Positions 1 to 11,949 of a DNA stretch of 64,000 bases are shown here, one piece after another. Source of the DNA: Squalus acanthias (lineage: Eukaryota); assembly GCA_030390025.1 (NCBI GenBank), contig CM059441.1, forward strand, positions 19,964,001 through 20,028,000, written 5' to 3'. The stretch's first letter is position 1, and each line of letters opens with the position of its first letter. The position numbers and the translations under genes are program-made. The notes under the pieces were generated by a model that searched no databases, was not told where the DNA came from, and worked only from the letters and a program-made list of their open reading frames with translations.

Positions 1-1470
1 AGGGTTTAAACTAGTTTGGCAGGGGGATGGGAACCTGAGAGTGGATTCAGAAGGGAGAGAAGCAAAGCTGGAAATAGAAGGCAGAAAATTAGTAAGCGAG
101 TTTGGTAGGCAGAGGAAACAAAGGCTAGAAAATAGACATCAAGGGAGTTTGGCAGTGCTAAATGGTATATACTTTAACGCAACGAGTCTAGGGGATAAAG
201 CAGATGAGCTGAGGGCACAGATAGACACGTGTGAGTATGATATAGCTATTACTGAGACATGGCTAAAAGGGCAGGAATGGCAGCTCAACATTCCTGGTTA
301 CAGGGTTTTCAGACGAGATAGAGAGGGGGATAAAAAAAGAGGGGGGGGTCGCAATATTGATTAAAGAATCAATTACAGCTGAGGAGGGAGGATCTCTTAA
401 AAGGATCATCAAATGAGGCCATATGGGTTGAACTGAAAAACAAAAAGAGACAATCACACTGCTTGGAGTGTACTACAGACCCCCGAACAGTCAGAGGGAG
501 ATAGAAGAGCAATTATGTAGGCAAATTTATGAGACGTGCAAAAATAGGGCAGTAATAGTAGGGGATTTCAACTTCCCTAATATTAACTGGGATAAAATTA
601 GTGTGGAAGGCATAGAGGGAGCAGAATTCTTAAAATGCATTCAGGAGAACTTTTTTAGCAAGTACGTAGCAAGCCCAACAAGAGAGGGTGCGGTTCTGGA
701 CCTAGTTTTAGGGAATGAAGCTGGGCAGGTGGAAAGGGTATCAGTGGGAGAGCATATTGGTGGTAGTGATCATAATTCAGTTAGATTTAGGGTAGTTATG
801 GAAAAGGACAATAATGGACCAGGGATAAAAGTTCTCCAATTGGGGAAAAGCTAATTTTACTAAGCTGAGAGGTGATTTAGCCAAAGTGGACTGGAGACAG
901 AAACTTGAAGGTAAATCAGTGTCCGAGCAGTGGGAGGCATTCAAGGAGGAGATAGTGAGGGTTCAGAGCAAGTATGTTCCCTCAAAGAAAAAGGGTGGGA
1001 CTAACAAATCTAGAGCTCCCTGGATGTCAAGGGGCATACAGTATAGGATAAAGAAAAAAAGGGAACCTTATGACATACCGAGGACTCAATACTATAGAAA
1101 GTGCAGGGGTGAAATCAAAAAGGAAAATAGGAAAGCAAAGCGAGGGCATGAAAAAATATTGGCAAGTAAAATCAAGGAAAACCCAAAGATGTTTTATAAA
1201 TACATTAAGAGCAAGAGGATAACTAAAGTAAGTGTAGGGCCTATTAGGGACCATAAAGGTAACCTGTGTGTGGAAGCAGAAGACATAGGTATGGTTCTTA
1301 ATGAATACTTTGTGTCTGTTTTCACAAAAGAGAGGGACGATGCAGACATTGCAATCTGGGGAGAGGCAGTGTGAAATATTAGATGAAATAAACATAGTGA
1401 AAGAGGAAGTATTAAGCGGTTTAGCATCTTTGAAAGTGGATAAATCCCCAGGCCCGGATGAAATGTTTCC

Positions 1471-1740
1471 TTAATCTGTCACATTAACACCACCTCTAGC
1501 CTTGCATATCTCTTAATGTCTCTTCATCTCCCCCTTTGTTCCTTTATCCCCTCCCCCTTTTCCCAGCTTTACCCTGGCCTTAAATCTATTTGATTTCCGG
1601 CTCTTCCCAGTTCTGATGAAAGGTCATCGACCTGAAACGTTAACTCTCTTTCTCTCCACGGATGCTGCCTGGCCTGCTGAGTTTTTCCAGCGTTTTCTGT
1701 TGTTTCGGATTTCCAGCATCCGCAGTATTTTGCTATCGTC
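1471..1740 (+). mobile_element. Non-autonomous Penelope-like element (family A) 3' end nested in CR1
   Basis: 11-bp TSD gaaatgtttcc at 1460-1470 and 1741-1751; same 3' sequence as the GIY-YIG-bearing copy at 26441-27636. Confidence 0.85.
1609..1645 (+). ncRNA. Minimal type I hammerhead ribozyme motif (family A)
   Basis: AGTT-CTGATGA-A-AGGTC-atc-GACCT-GAAAC-GTT-AACT: intact core, stem I AGTT/AACT, stem II AGGTC/GACCT, palindromic ACGT stem III; predicted cleavage after 1641. Confidence 0.75.
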
Positions 1741-3995
1741 GAAATGTTTCCCTGACTGTTAAGAGAAGTAAGAGAGGAAATAGCAGAGGTTCTGACCATT
1801 ATTTTCCAATCCTCTCTGGCTACAGGTGTGTTGCTGGAGGACTGCTAACGTGGTACCGTTGTTTAAAAAGGGAGAAAGGATAGACCGAGTAATTACAGGC
1901 CAGTCAGCCTAACCTCGGTAGTGGGAAAATTATTGGAAAAAATTCTAAGGGACGGGATAAATCTTCATTTAGAAAGACACGGATTAATCGGGGACAGTCA
2001 GCATGGATTTGATAAGGGAAGGTCGTGTCTGATTAACTTGATTGAATTTTTTGAGGAGGTAACGAGGAGGGTCGATGAGGGTAGTGCGTTTGATGTAGTC
2101 TGTATGGATTTTAGCAAGGCTTTTGATAAGATCCCGCATGGCAGACTGGTCATGAAAGTAAAAAGCCCATGGGATCCAAGGCAAAGTGGCAAGTTGGATC
2201 CAAAATTGGCTCAGACAGGAAACAAAGGGTAATGGTCGAAGGGTGTTTTGTGACTCTTTCCAGTGGGGTTCCGCAGGGCTCAGTACGGAGTCCTTTGCTT
2301 TTTGTGGTATATATCAATGATTTGGACTTGAATGTAGGAAGTATGATTAAGAAGTTTGCAGATGATACAAAAATTTGCCTTGTGGTTGATAATGAAGAAG
2401 AAAGCTGCAGGAAGATATCAATGAACTGGTCAGATGGGCAGAACAGTGGCAAATGGAATTCAATCTGGAGAAGTGTGAGGTAATGCATTTGGGGAGGGCT
2501 AACAAGGCAAGGGAATACACTATAAATGGTAGGACACTGAAGTGCAGAAGATCAGAGGGACCTTGGCGTGCATGTCCACAGGTCCCTGAAGGTAGCAGGA
2601 CAGGTAGATAAGGTGGTTAAGAAGGCATGCGGGATACTTGCCTTTATTAGCCGAGGCATAGAATATAAGAGCAGGGAGGTTATGCTTGAACTGTATGAAA
2701 CACTAGTTAGGCCGCAGCTGGAATACTGCGTGCAGTTCTGGTCACCACATTACAGGAAGGATGTGATTGCACTAGAGGGGGTGCAGAGGAGATTTACGAG
2801 GATGTTGCCTGGGCTGGGGAATTTTAGCTATGAGGAAAGATTGGATAGGCTGGGGTTTTCTTTGGAACAGAGAGGAGGCTGAGGGGGGACCTAATTATGA
2901 GGGGCCTAGATAGAGTGGCTAGGAAGGACCTATTTCCCTTAGCAGAGGGGTCAATAACCAGGAGGCAAAGATTTAAAGTAATTTGTCTGAGGTTTAGAGG
3001 GGATTTGAGGAGAAATGTTTTCACCCAGAGGGTGGTGGGGGTCTGGAACTCACTGCCTGAAAGGTTGGTAGAGGCAGAAACCCTCATCACATTTAAAAAG
3101 TACTTGGATGTGCAATTGAAGTGCCGTAACTTACAAGGCTACGGACCAAGTGCTGGAAAGTGGGATTAGGCTGGATAGCTCTTTGTCGGCTGGCATGGAC
3201 ACGATGGGCCGAATGGCTTCTTCTGTGCTGTAAATTTCTATGAAATGAAATCTTGTGGTTTTATTCATGCGTAATTCTATATTCTGTTTTGGGCGAAAAA
3301 CAGAAAGACATTCTGGATGTAAGTAATGCTGTGTAGTTACATTGCAAAACAACGTCAAGAAATAGTTGAGATATACTGCTGGGGACCCCATGCTGTGGCA
3401 CCAAGTCCTGCTCCTGTGGAGTGGTTTCTACAGTGCCTGCAGAATAGAAATACTGTACAATATTTTCTGCTTGCTATATATTCCCCAATGACTGGATGAG
3501 GTATCACAAGCCAGTGAGCGAATAACTGCATGGCAGACCTATTATGTTGGGTGTCTGAGCCTCTGTAAGCAGCACCGCTTGTTGTTGTTGAGGTAAGTCC
3601 TGCTGTTGGTTCGATTGGAAGGTATAACGTGTGCTTATTTAGGGCTTGCGTTAACAGTTGTCTAAGTGCTCGGTAATTTTAACTGCTTTTCTGTGAGCAT
3701 ATAGTATTATGTTGGTATCCTTTTTCAGTTTTAAGATGTTCATCAAACCATGTGTTTTATTTTGTCCTGTTTCTCGCGGTGAGCTGACTGGAGACAATTT
3801 TTGTTTTAAACTTGGTGGACGTCACGAAAAGTAAATGCAGGATGATTTGAAGTCTTCATTTGTTTCTGTTTCAGTGTAGATAGACGGTTAAAGGACAGGA
3901 GAGCCTCTGGTGACCCGATTTTAAGAAGGTTGCAGATTTATTGCTGGATAGTAAAAGGGGAGCATGAGGGAACTCCTTTCACCTGCAGTCCAAAT

Positions 3996-4134
3996 CAATG
4001 TGTGTTCTCTAATTTTTTTTTTTGGCTGCGCGGCCCATTCAAAATTTCGCACATGCACGAAATTTCCCATTCAAAAGCCGGTAAGCGGCCTGCGCGGGAC
4101 CTCCAGATGGCCGAGCAGCTTCGCGGGAGCATTG
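3996..4134. mobile_element. hAT-type MITE (CAATG termini)
   Basis: 8-bp TSD gtccaaat at 3988-3995 and 4135-4142; caatg...cattg ends; related to 33370-33544 and 50510-50672. Confidence 0.8.
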
Positions 4135-4604
4135 GTCCAAATAGCTTCATTTGTTGCCATTTAAGCAATTCTGGGGGTACAGTTGGAGGTGGCTAAAATA
4201 AACATGGTGGTCGTTTATCCTTTCTTAATGAATCTGGCTGGTTGGTATTCGAAAGTCATGTCATGTACATTTGCTAAATATGCTTGATCTGGACTCCACT
4301 GATTTTGAAGGCAAAAGTTCAGGAAGTTTCCCAAAGGCAAAACGTAGCCAGCATATTGTTTGCAAGCACTTACAGAAAGTTAACCTCTAGCTGATTTGTT
4401 AAATTACTATAATCTTCAATCTGCTCATTGGCAGCTGAGATTCCCGTCTGAAAGGAATGCATCTGGCCGGAAGCACGTGTCCTGTTTTGGAATCTGATCA
4501 CTCAATTTATTTATCCCTTCTTGGCTGCATGGCAGATGTAAGGATGTGTAGCAAAACATTTATTTTAGTTAAGTATGTTATAGGAAAGAGATAAAAGCAG
4601 TAGA

Positions 4605-5025
4605 AAATTTGCACCATAGATTTACTGGAATGTTACCGGGAATGAGGGGTTCTAGTTATGAAGAGACACTTGAGAAGGAAGAGCTTTTTTAATTAGGGCT
4701 GAGAAGGTTATGGGTAACCTGATGGAGGTCTTCAGGTTTGTAAAGAGTTATGATGAGGTAAATAGTGACTGTTTTCACTAGGTCAGCGAGACACTAATGA
4801 GAGGACACAAATGTAAGATGATCACCAAAAGAATTAAAGGCTTAGAATTGGAATTTTCTGCCACAAAATGTAGTTGAAGCAAATATGTACAAACTGTTCA
4901 TAAAAGAGGAAAAGAAAAGGCTATAGGGAGCAAGCAGGAGATGGTTAGAGTAGGTGGCTCAAAGAATAGTACCATTGCAGACTCAATGGGCCATTTGGCC
5001 CAGTTTCTGTGTTGTAACACTCTAC
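4605..5025 (+). mobile_element. Degenerate CR1 3' fragment
   Basis: Recognisable agatttactggaatgttacc...tatgaagagacact and CR1-like tail gtttctgtgttgtaac; boundaries approximate. Confidence 0.65.
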
Positions 5026-5480
5026 GCTTAAAATCTAACCAGTTTATAACGGAAAAGTTGTAGCCATAAAAATGCTCGAGTTGTACACTAGTTTGACTGT
5101 GTCGCCATTCAACTTCACCGAGCAATTCATCGAGCGGCATGCACTGATTGCATTAAAAGCATTTTTGAGGGCGGCTCCGTTGGGTATTCTTGTTTGGTAT
5201 GATTGTGTAAGGTGCATGTTCAACAGTTACTGCTATAACCTCCAATTTTATTAAAATATCGATGGAACAAGAGCTTAAGAGGATTGTTGCTGATTTGAGG
5301 ATTAACTTTTTTTAACCCAAACTATGGATACAAAACCTATATGGCCACAATGATAACCATTTTACCATCCATGTGGGTTGTACATTAGTGAGACTACTTA
5401 ATCCATTCCTTCTGTGAAACTCTGAATCAGATAGAATCAGTAAAGCTGATCACGGGACTGAAATCACTTCAATGATAAGA

Positions 5481-8050
5481 GAGGATTTAGAGAGGTAAGC
5501 AGCCAATGGAGACCTTATGGGTTGAATTAAGAAATAGGAAAGGATCTAAGCCTGTAGTGGGAGTTGTGTATCGGCCCCCTGGTGGCAGCTCTGAAGTGCT
5601 AGATTGTATAAATGCAGACATTAGATAAGCATGTAGCAAAGGCAGAGTGGTTTTAATGGGGGATTTTAACTTTCGTATAGGTTGGGAAAAGTAGACTGGC
5701 ACCTGTCCGAAAGGTAGTAAATTTCTTGTGTGTCTGGGATAGTTTTCTACAACAATATGTCCTAGAGGCAACAACAGGAGGAGGGGACCGAGTGTAACAT
5801 ATCAAAGTTTGCAGATGATACAAAGATGGGAGGGAAAGTAGAAAGTGAGGAGGACATAAAAAACCTACAAGGGGATATAGACAAGCTGGGTGAGTGGGCA
5901 GAGATTTGGCAGATGCAATACAATATTGGAAAATGTGAGGTTATGCACGTTGGCAGGAAAAATCAGAGAGCAAGTTATTATCTTAATGGCAAGAAACTGG
6001 AAAGTACTGCAGTACAAAGGGATCTGGGGATCCTAGTGCAAGAAAATCAAAGTTAGTATGCAGGTGCAGCAGGTGATCAAGAAGGCCAACGGAATGTTGG
6101 CTTTTATTGCTAGGGGGATAGAATATAAAAACAGGGAGGTATTGCTGCAGTTATATAAGGTATTGGTGAGACCGCATCTGGAATACTGCATACAGTTTTG
6201 GTGTCCATACTTAAGAAAAGACATACTTGCTCTCGAGGCAGTACAAAGAAGGTTCACTCGGTTAATACCCGGGATGAGGGGGTGGACATATGAGGAGAGG
6301 TTGAGTAGATTGGGACTCTACTCATTGGAGTTCAGAAGAATGAGAGGCGATCTTATTGAAACATATAAGATTGTGAAGGGGCTTGATCGGGTGGATGCGG
6401 TAAGGATGTTCCCAAGGATGGGTGAAACTAGAACTAGGGGGCATAATCTTAGAATAAGGGGCTGCTCTTTCAAAACTGAGATGAGGAGAAACTTCTTCAC
6501 TCAGAGGGCAGTAGGTCTGTGGAATTTGCTGCCCCAGGAAGCTGTGGAAGCTACATCATTAAATAAATTTAAAACAGAAATAGACAGTTTCCTCGAAGTA
6601 AAGGGAATTAGGGGTTACGGGGAGCGGGCAGGAAATTGGACATGAGGCTGAGTTCGGATCGGTCGAGGCCCTGTGGGTGGCGTAGCGGGCCCAGGGGCTG
6701 AGTGGCCGGGTCCTGCTCCTACTTCTTGTGTTCTTTAGATTTGAGGTGAGGATCAGATCAGCCATGATCTTATTGAATGGCGGAGCAGGCTCGAAGGGCC
6801 GATTGGCCTACTCCTGCTCCTATTTCTTATGTTCTTATAACAAGGGGGCAACCCATATTAGATTTAGTAATGAGTAATGAGCCAGATTTAGTTAACAGCC
6901 TAACTGCGTGAACATTTATCCAATAGCGATCATAACATGATCGAGTTCAACGTAGCTTTTGAAAGGGAGAAACGCGAAACAGCTACTAAGATTCTAGATT
7001 TAGGTAAGGTTGACTTCAACGGGATGAGGCAGAGACTGTCCACAGTAAACTGGGCAAATCTGTTAATGGGTAAAACGACAGAAGATCAGTGGGAGATGTT
7101 CAAAAAGAATTTAATGTGATACAGAACCAGTTTATACTCCTGAGGGGCAAGAGCTCTACTTGACAAAAAAAAAACGGCCACGGACAACTAAAGAGGTAAG
7201 GGACAGCATAAAACTAAAGGAAAGGCCATACAAAAATGTATGGACACACTCAAAATTCACTACCTTTCTGACAGGTGCCAGAAATAGCACCGATCCTGGC
7301 GAATGGGAAAGATGCAAAGAACAGCAAAAGTTCACAAAACAGATAGTAAGAGCTACAAAAAGGGAGTATGAAAAGAAACTTGCAAGGGATATCAAAATCA
7401 ACACAGAATTTTTGCAGTTATATTAGGAAAAAGAGGGTGGTCAGGAGCAATGTTGGCCCCTTAAAAACTGAAAGTGATATTGTCAATGACAATGTGGAAA
7501 TGGCGGACATTGTTGAATAATTACTTTGCGTCAGTATTTACAGTAGAAGAAGAGGATAGCATGCCGGAAATCCCAAAGAAACTAATATTGAATCGGGGAC
7601 AGGGACTCAATAAAAATCAATGTAAGTAAATTAACAGTAATGAAGAAGAGTGACAAATCCCCAGGGCGAGATGGTTTCCATCCCAGGATTTTAAAGGAAG
7701 TAAGTGAGCGCATTGCAGATGCCCTAACTATAATCTTCCAAAGTTCTCTAGATTCAGGAACCGTTCCTTTAGATTGGAAAATTGCACATGTCACTCTGCT
7801 TTTTAAGAATGGCTGAGCGGCAGGAGACAGAGTAGGGGTAATGGGTAGGCACTCAAATTGGCAGAATGTGACTTGTGGTGTTCCGCAGGGATCTGTGTTG
7901 GGGCCTCAACTATTCACAATATTTATTAACGACTTAGATGATGGTTTAGAAAGTCATGTATCCAAATTTACCGATAACACAAAGAGAGGCGGCTTTTGTA
8001 GGCAGTGTAGATTAAAGCATAAAATTACAACATGATCTCAATAGATTGTG
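5481..8050 (+). mobile_element. CR1 ORF2 fragment (host element) split by a younger CR1
   Basis: APE motifs VVYRPPG and MGDFN at 5520-5774 resume at 6839 (ILDLVMSNEP, SDHNMIEF); RT motifs [13 protein letters not shown] and KFTDNTK at 7841-8035. Confidence 0.85.
5776..6838 (+). mobile_element. 5'-truncated CR1/HER1 LINE (RT C-terminus + double 3' tail)
   Basis: KFADDTK, ORFs 5826-6056 and 6058-6645 with VRPHLEYCIQFW; tail ends ttcttatgttcttat. Confidence 0.93.
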
Positions 8051-8240
8051 AATGCTAGATTAGAGATCCCTGCTCCTTCAGTAACCAGAGCATCAATAAT
8101 GAGTTTGTCCTTCTGAAAGAGCTTTCAGGGGGAGGAGGCACCTTATTCGAGGAAACCTATTTCTCCCCTTCCTCCCTCCCAATTCTCGAGGCTTCAGCTA
8201 ACAAATTTTGTTCGGGTTGATGGATGGATGAATGAATACA

Positions 8241-8862
8241 TGACCAGAAACTTAACTGGACCAGCGACATAAATACTGGCAACAAGAGCAGGTCAGAGGC
8301 TGGGCATTCTTCGGCGAGTGTCCCACCTCCTGATTCCCCAAAGACCTTCCGCCATCTGCAAGGCACAGGTCAGGAGTGTGATGCCTGGATGAGTGCAGCT
8401 CCAACAACACTCAAAAAGCTCGACACCATCCAGGACAAAGCAGCCCACTTGATTGGCACCCCATCCACCACCTTAAAGATTCACTCCCTCCACCACCGGC
8501 GCACCGTGGCTGCAGTGTGTACCATCTACAAGATGCACTGCCAAGGCTTCTTCGACAGCACCTCCCAAACCCGTGACCTCTACCACCTAGAAGGACAAGG
8601 GCAGCAGGTGCATGGGAACACCATCACCTCCAAGTCACACACTGTCCTCACTTGGAAATATATCGCCGATCCTTCATCGTCGCTGGGTCAAAATCCTGGA
8701 ACTCCCTCCCTAACAGCACTGTGGCAGTACCTTCACCACACGGACTGCAGCGGTTCAAGAAGGCGGCTCAACACCACCTTCTCGAGGGCAATTAGGGATG
8801 GGCTTTAAATGCTGGCCTTGACAGTGACGCCCACATCCCAGGAACAAATAATTTAAAAAAAA
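8241..8862 (+). mobile_element. 3' fragment of a different CR1/L2-superclade LINE
   Basis: LDTIQDKAAHLIG, SLHHRRTVAAVCTIYKMH, WNSLP-type C-terminus, tail gggcaattagggatgg...cccacatccca + poly-A; related pieces at 61533-61786 and 23965-24028. Confidence 0.75.
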
Positions 8863-9104
8863 TGGAAGTTTCTTGAGAGAGATTTGACTTGTGTAGAGAC
8901 ATTAAAAAGTCCCAGGGTGTGCTGTTATGTCTCTAATGTTGGAAAAGATCCAACGGTCCTGTTGGATTTCGAGTGTTAGTTTAGGGCAGTCGGTTCACGG
9001 ATACACTGGCAAATAGAAGGAAATCTTTAGCTACATTTTGTATCCAGGTGTTATTAAACAAATAACACTAGAGTCTTCTCGGCTGAGGCACCTTTTTTAT
9101 TTGT

Positions 9105-9390
9105 TTTTGCGGTGGGTTTGTTGCCCATTGCTACTTGCCTTGACGGCATTAACATCGAAACACATTGCGTGGACTGGAATCGGGTGTAGGCCAGACCAGG
9201 TAGCAGTGGCAGGTTCCTGTCCCTGAAAGGCATTCGTGATCTAGTTGTGTTTTTAGGCAATCTGAGATTTTTCTGGTGATGGTCAATAAACTAGTAGATG
9301 TACTGAATTCAGTTTCACCGCTTGTCGTGGTGGTCTTTGACTTCACAATCTGTGGGTTTCCAGTCCAGTACTGTAACTGCTCCACCATTG
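9105..9390 (-). mobile_element. Degenerate tRNA-derived SINE (same family as 37355-37686)
   Basis: Shared blocks aggccagaccaggtagcagtggcagg and tgaattcagtttcacc; tRNA-like head at the right end. Confidence 0.5.
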
Positions 9391-9606
9391 TGTCATATAG
9401 CTTGCCTCACTGTGTGTGCTAAATAAGCATCAGCACACATTTCATGTTCGTGTTTATGAAGGAGCACAAAATGCTTTTAAAATCCTAAACTTTGTTAAAA
9501 AAATACAGCACTGTTTAAAAAATCCTGAATTGTGTTTAGTGGGACCAATATGAAAATGAGTAATGGTTGTATGGCTGAATTTCACAATTGTTCAATATTA
9601 TTATAG

Positions 9607-9762
9607 AAGGGGATTCTGGAAGTGATGCAGACTTTTATGTGGAAGATGATGATGACAGCGACTACGAGAGCTCTTTGAAGAAAAGCAAAAAGGGAAGGAA
9701 GACTAAAACAGTACCTGAAAAAAAAGAAAAGAAGACGCCCAAACCCAGGCTCAGCGCTACAG
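9607..9762 (+). CDS. NUCKS1: NUCKS1 penultimate coding exon (156 nt, phase 1-1)
   Basis: [52 protein letters not shown] matches human NUCKS1 [27 protein letters not shown]...KEKKMPKPRLKAT as I recall it; acceptor ttatag, donor G|GTAAGC at 9763. Confidence 0.93.
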
Positions 9763-10324
9763 GTAAGCTGCACGCTACTGTTAATGGAGAAGTTACCTTG
9801 CAGGGGATCGTCTCAAGTTCTCCTTGATAAACCACGGTTAAAGGCAAAGGGCCGTAGTATAGTTCACTTCCGTGAGTGTAAAAGAGAAGGCCAGGTAAAT
9901 CAAGTACTTGGGTGATGCTAAGCTTGGCTTTTAAAAGAATGCAGGTTAGAGAAAGGAGGCATGAGGTTCCACAGTTTTTAGATTCTGAGGGGAAAACTGA
10001 ATTGGTGTAGGAAACTGCGCTAAGTTTTCATTTCTACACGTGTAAGATGGGTGTATTTGGAGCCGTGAGGGAAAGTTAAAAGGAACATTGACTGACCAGA
10101 GTATCAATCAAATTGATCAGCGAGAGATGAAAAAGGTTGCAACAGAGAAAGTGGTTGGAAGTTAATTCAGGTGTGTCCTGGGGCATTGGTGCTTGTTGTG
10201 AATGGTTACTGTTGAAATCATTCTCCTGGTTTAAAAATACTCGTGCGAGGCTGCCCTGCTGGAAAAGTGATTTGCTGGTTTTATTTGCATTTGCTATCGT
10301 TTTTCATTCCCGTACTTTTGCCCA

Positions 10325-10460
10325 CTAAGGGAATCAAGGGATCGGGCAGGAAAGTGGAGATGAGGTAGAAGATCAGCCATGATCTTACTGAATGGCGGAG
10401 CAGGCTCGAAGGGCCGTGTGGCCGACTCCTGCTCCTATTTCTTATCATCTTATGACTTTT
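10325..10460 (+). mobile_element. CR1 3' tail
   Basis: aagggatcgggcaggaaagtgg...gatcagccatgatcttactgaatggcggagcaggctcg...ctcctatttcttat. Confidence 0.8.
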
Positions 10461-10957
10461 CATCGATTTGCATCCGCCCCCTGAGCTTTAGAACACCTAC
10501 TGAAACATCCTTTTTAATGTTTCAGCAGGGGTAGTCAAGATACAAAAACTAAATTTGAGAAAGGAGTATGATTTTTAAGACAATCTCTAATGTGATTGTA
10601 TATCGTACAGGTGTGTGCTCAAGCGTGTTTAAAGGTTCTAAACTTTTGTGAACACCGAATTCATGTCTCAAAGCTTCAAAATAAACACAGTTGTAACATG
10701 CAAGCAGCCTTTTTCTTTTCTCTTCCCTCAATTCTGCTAGATTGGAATTTGGGATGGATTTGCGATAGTCTATCTATCCACTAATACTAAAAATCTTACT
10801 CGGTAATGCTTCTCCAGATTTCAACAGAATTTAAGTCTTGATACTAGGTTTCTTTGGAAAAATAGTTGCGCCCAATAATGTCCAACTGTGCTGTTGCACG
10901 GCCAAGAATTGGTGCAGCACTTCAGTATTTGAGACATTATCACTCTATGATCTTTGA

Positions 10958-11073
10958 GAAGTCGCACAACACCAAGTTGCAGTCCAACAGTTTTATTTGA
11001 ACTGTTGGACTATAACTTGGTGTTGTGACTTCTCACATTTGTCCACCCCAGTCCAACACCGGCATCTCCACAT
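10958..11073 (+). mobile_element. Miniature hairpin derivative of Penelope-like family B
   Basis: 12-bp TSD tatgatctttga (10946-10957, 11074-11085); inverted arms match the outer ends of 39889-41334; same tail ccaccccagtccaacaccggcatctcc. Confidence 0.85.
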
Positions 11074-11509
11074 TATGATCTTTGAAGCACTTTTAATGAA
11101 CTTTCACCAAATTTGAACAAATTTCCCATGACCTAATTCTTGGCTCCTTTCAGCATTTGACCAGCTGTATTACTTTATTTATGCATGTATTTATGCAGTT
11201 TTGTAGAAATTAACAAGCATTAAATTTTAGCAAAACTTTTAAGTATGCTGTATTTTTACATACAGGCTTTTGAAAATTATTGCGTGCTATTGGCTTTTCA
11301 ACTTCCAAATGCAAGTAATTGGGCTGTCATTCAAATTGGATGGAAAGCGAAAAGGGACACTTCCCTTTTTAATTTTTTTTTATCACAAAACCGTGTCGGT
11401 AATATGGCCCTCCTTCACACCTGTTGTTACATGGCCTTATTCTGGAGGTACACCTCTTGTGATCACCACACAGCTCATTGTAGATTGCAGGCGGCCATTG
11501 AAGCTTTGG

Positions 11510-11949
11510 CAAAAGCAAAATACTGCGGATGCTGGAAATCTGAAGTAAAAAGAGAAAATGCTGGAAATACTCAGCAGGTTAGACAGCATCTGTGGAGAGA
11601 GAAACAGTTAACGTTTCCGATCGATCACCTTTCGTCAGAACTGGAAAATGTTAGAGATGTAACAGGTTTTAAGCAAGTGCAGGGGTAGGGAAAGGAGGGA
11701 GGGGAGGAAAGAACAAAAGGGAAGGTCTGTGATAGGATGGAAGGCAGGAGAGATTAAAAGACAAAAGGGATGATGGTGCAAGGCAAAAGGAGATGGGAAT
11801 GGGACAAGTAAAGAAGCAAAAGATAAGTCTAGAAGAGGTGTAAACAGGAAAGGCAGAATCAACAGCTGCCATGTGAAAAAATAGGGTGTCTCTCCACAGA
11901 TGCTGCCTGACCTGCTGAGTATTTCCAGCAATTTCTGTTTTTATTTATT
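11510..11949 (-). mobile_element. Penelope-like family A element with inverted 5' copy and degenerate hammerhead (11605-11643)
   Basis: 13-bp TSD attgaagctttgg (11497-11509, 11950-11962); about 11889-11946 is an inverted copy of about 11545-11600; core CTGACGA...GAAACGTT with mismatched stem II. Confidence 0.85.

Larger units (their letters stand above)
1..3245 (+). mobile_element. CR1/HER1-type LINE, near full-length but frameshifted ORF2 (APE endonuclease + RT) and 3' tail
   Basis: ORF pieces IAITETWL, YYRPPN, VIVGDFNFP, GSDHNSV (APE); [24 protein letters not shown] (RT); [14 protein letters not shown] and FTQRVVGVWNSLP; CR1 tail ending ctgtgctgtaaatttctatg. Interrupted at 1471-1740. Confidence 0.95.

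Noticed and set aside
1-3245. Active LINE or domesticated RT gene
   Set aside because: Multiple frameshifts and a nested insertion.
3470-3598. Strong donor GAG|GTAAGT at 3593 as a NUCKS1 exon end
   Set aside because: No NUCKS1-like peptide and no convincing acceptor; upstream exons probably lie outside the window.
9588-9827. 79-aa stand-alone ORF
   Set aside because: It is an internal NUCKS1 exon plus flanking intron.
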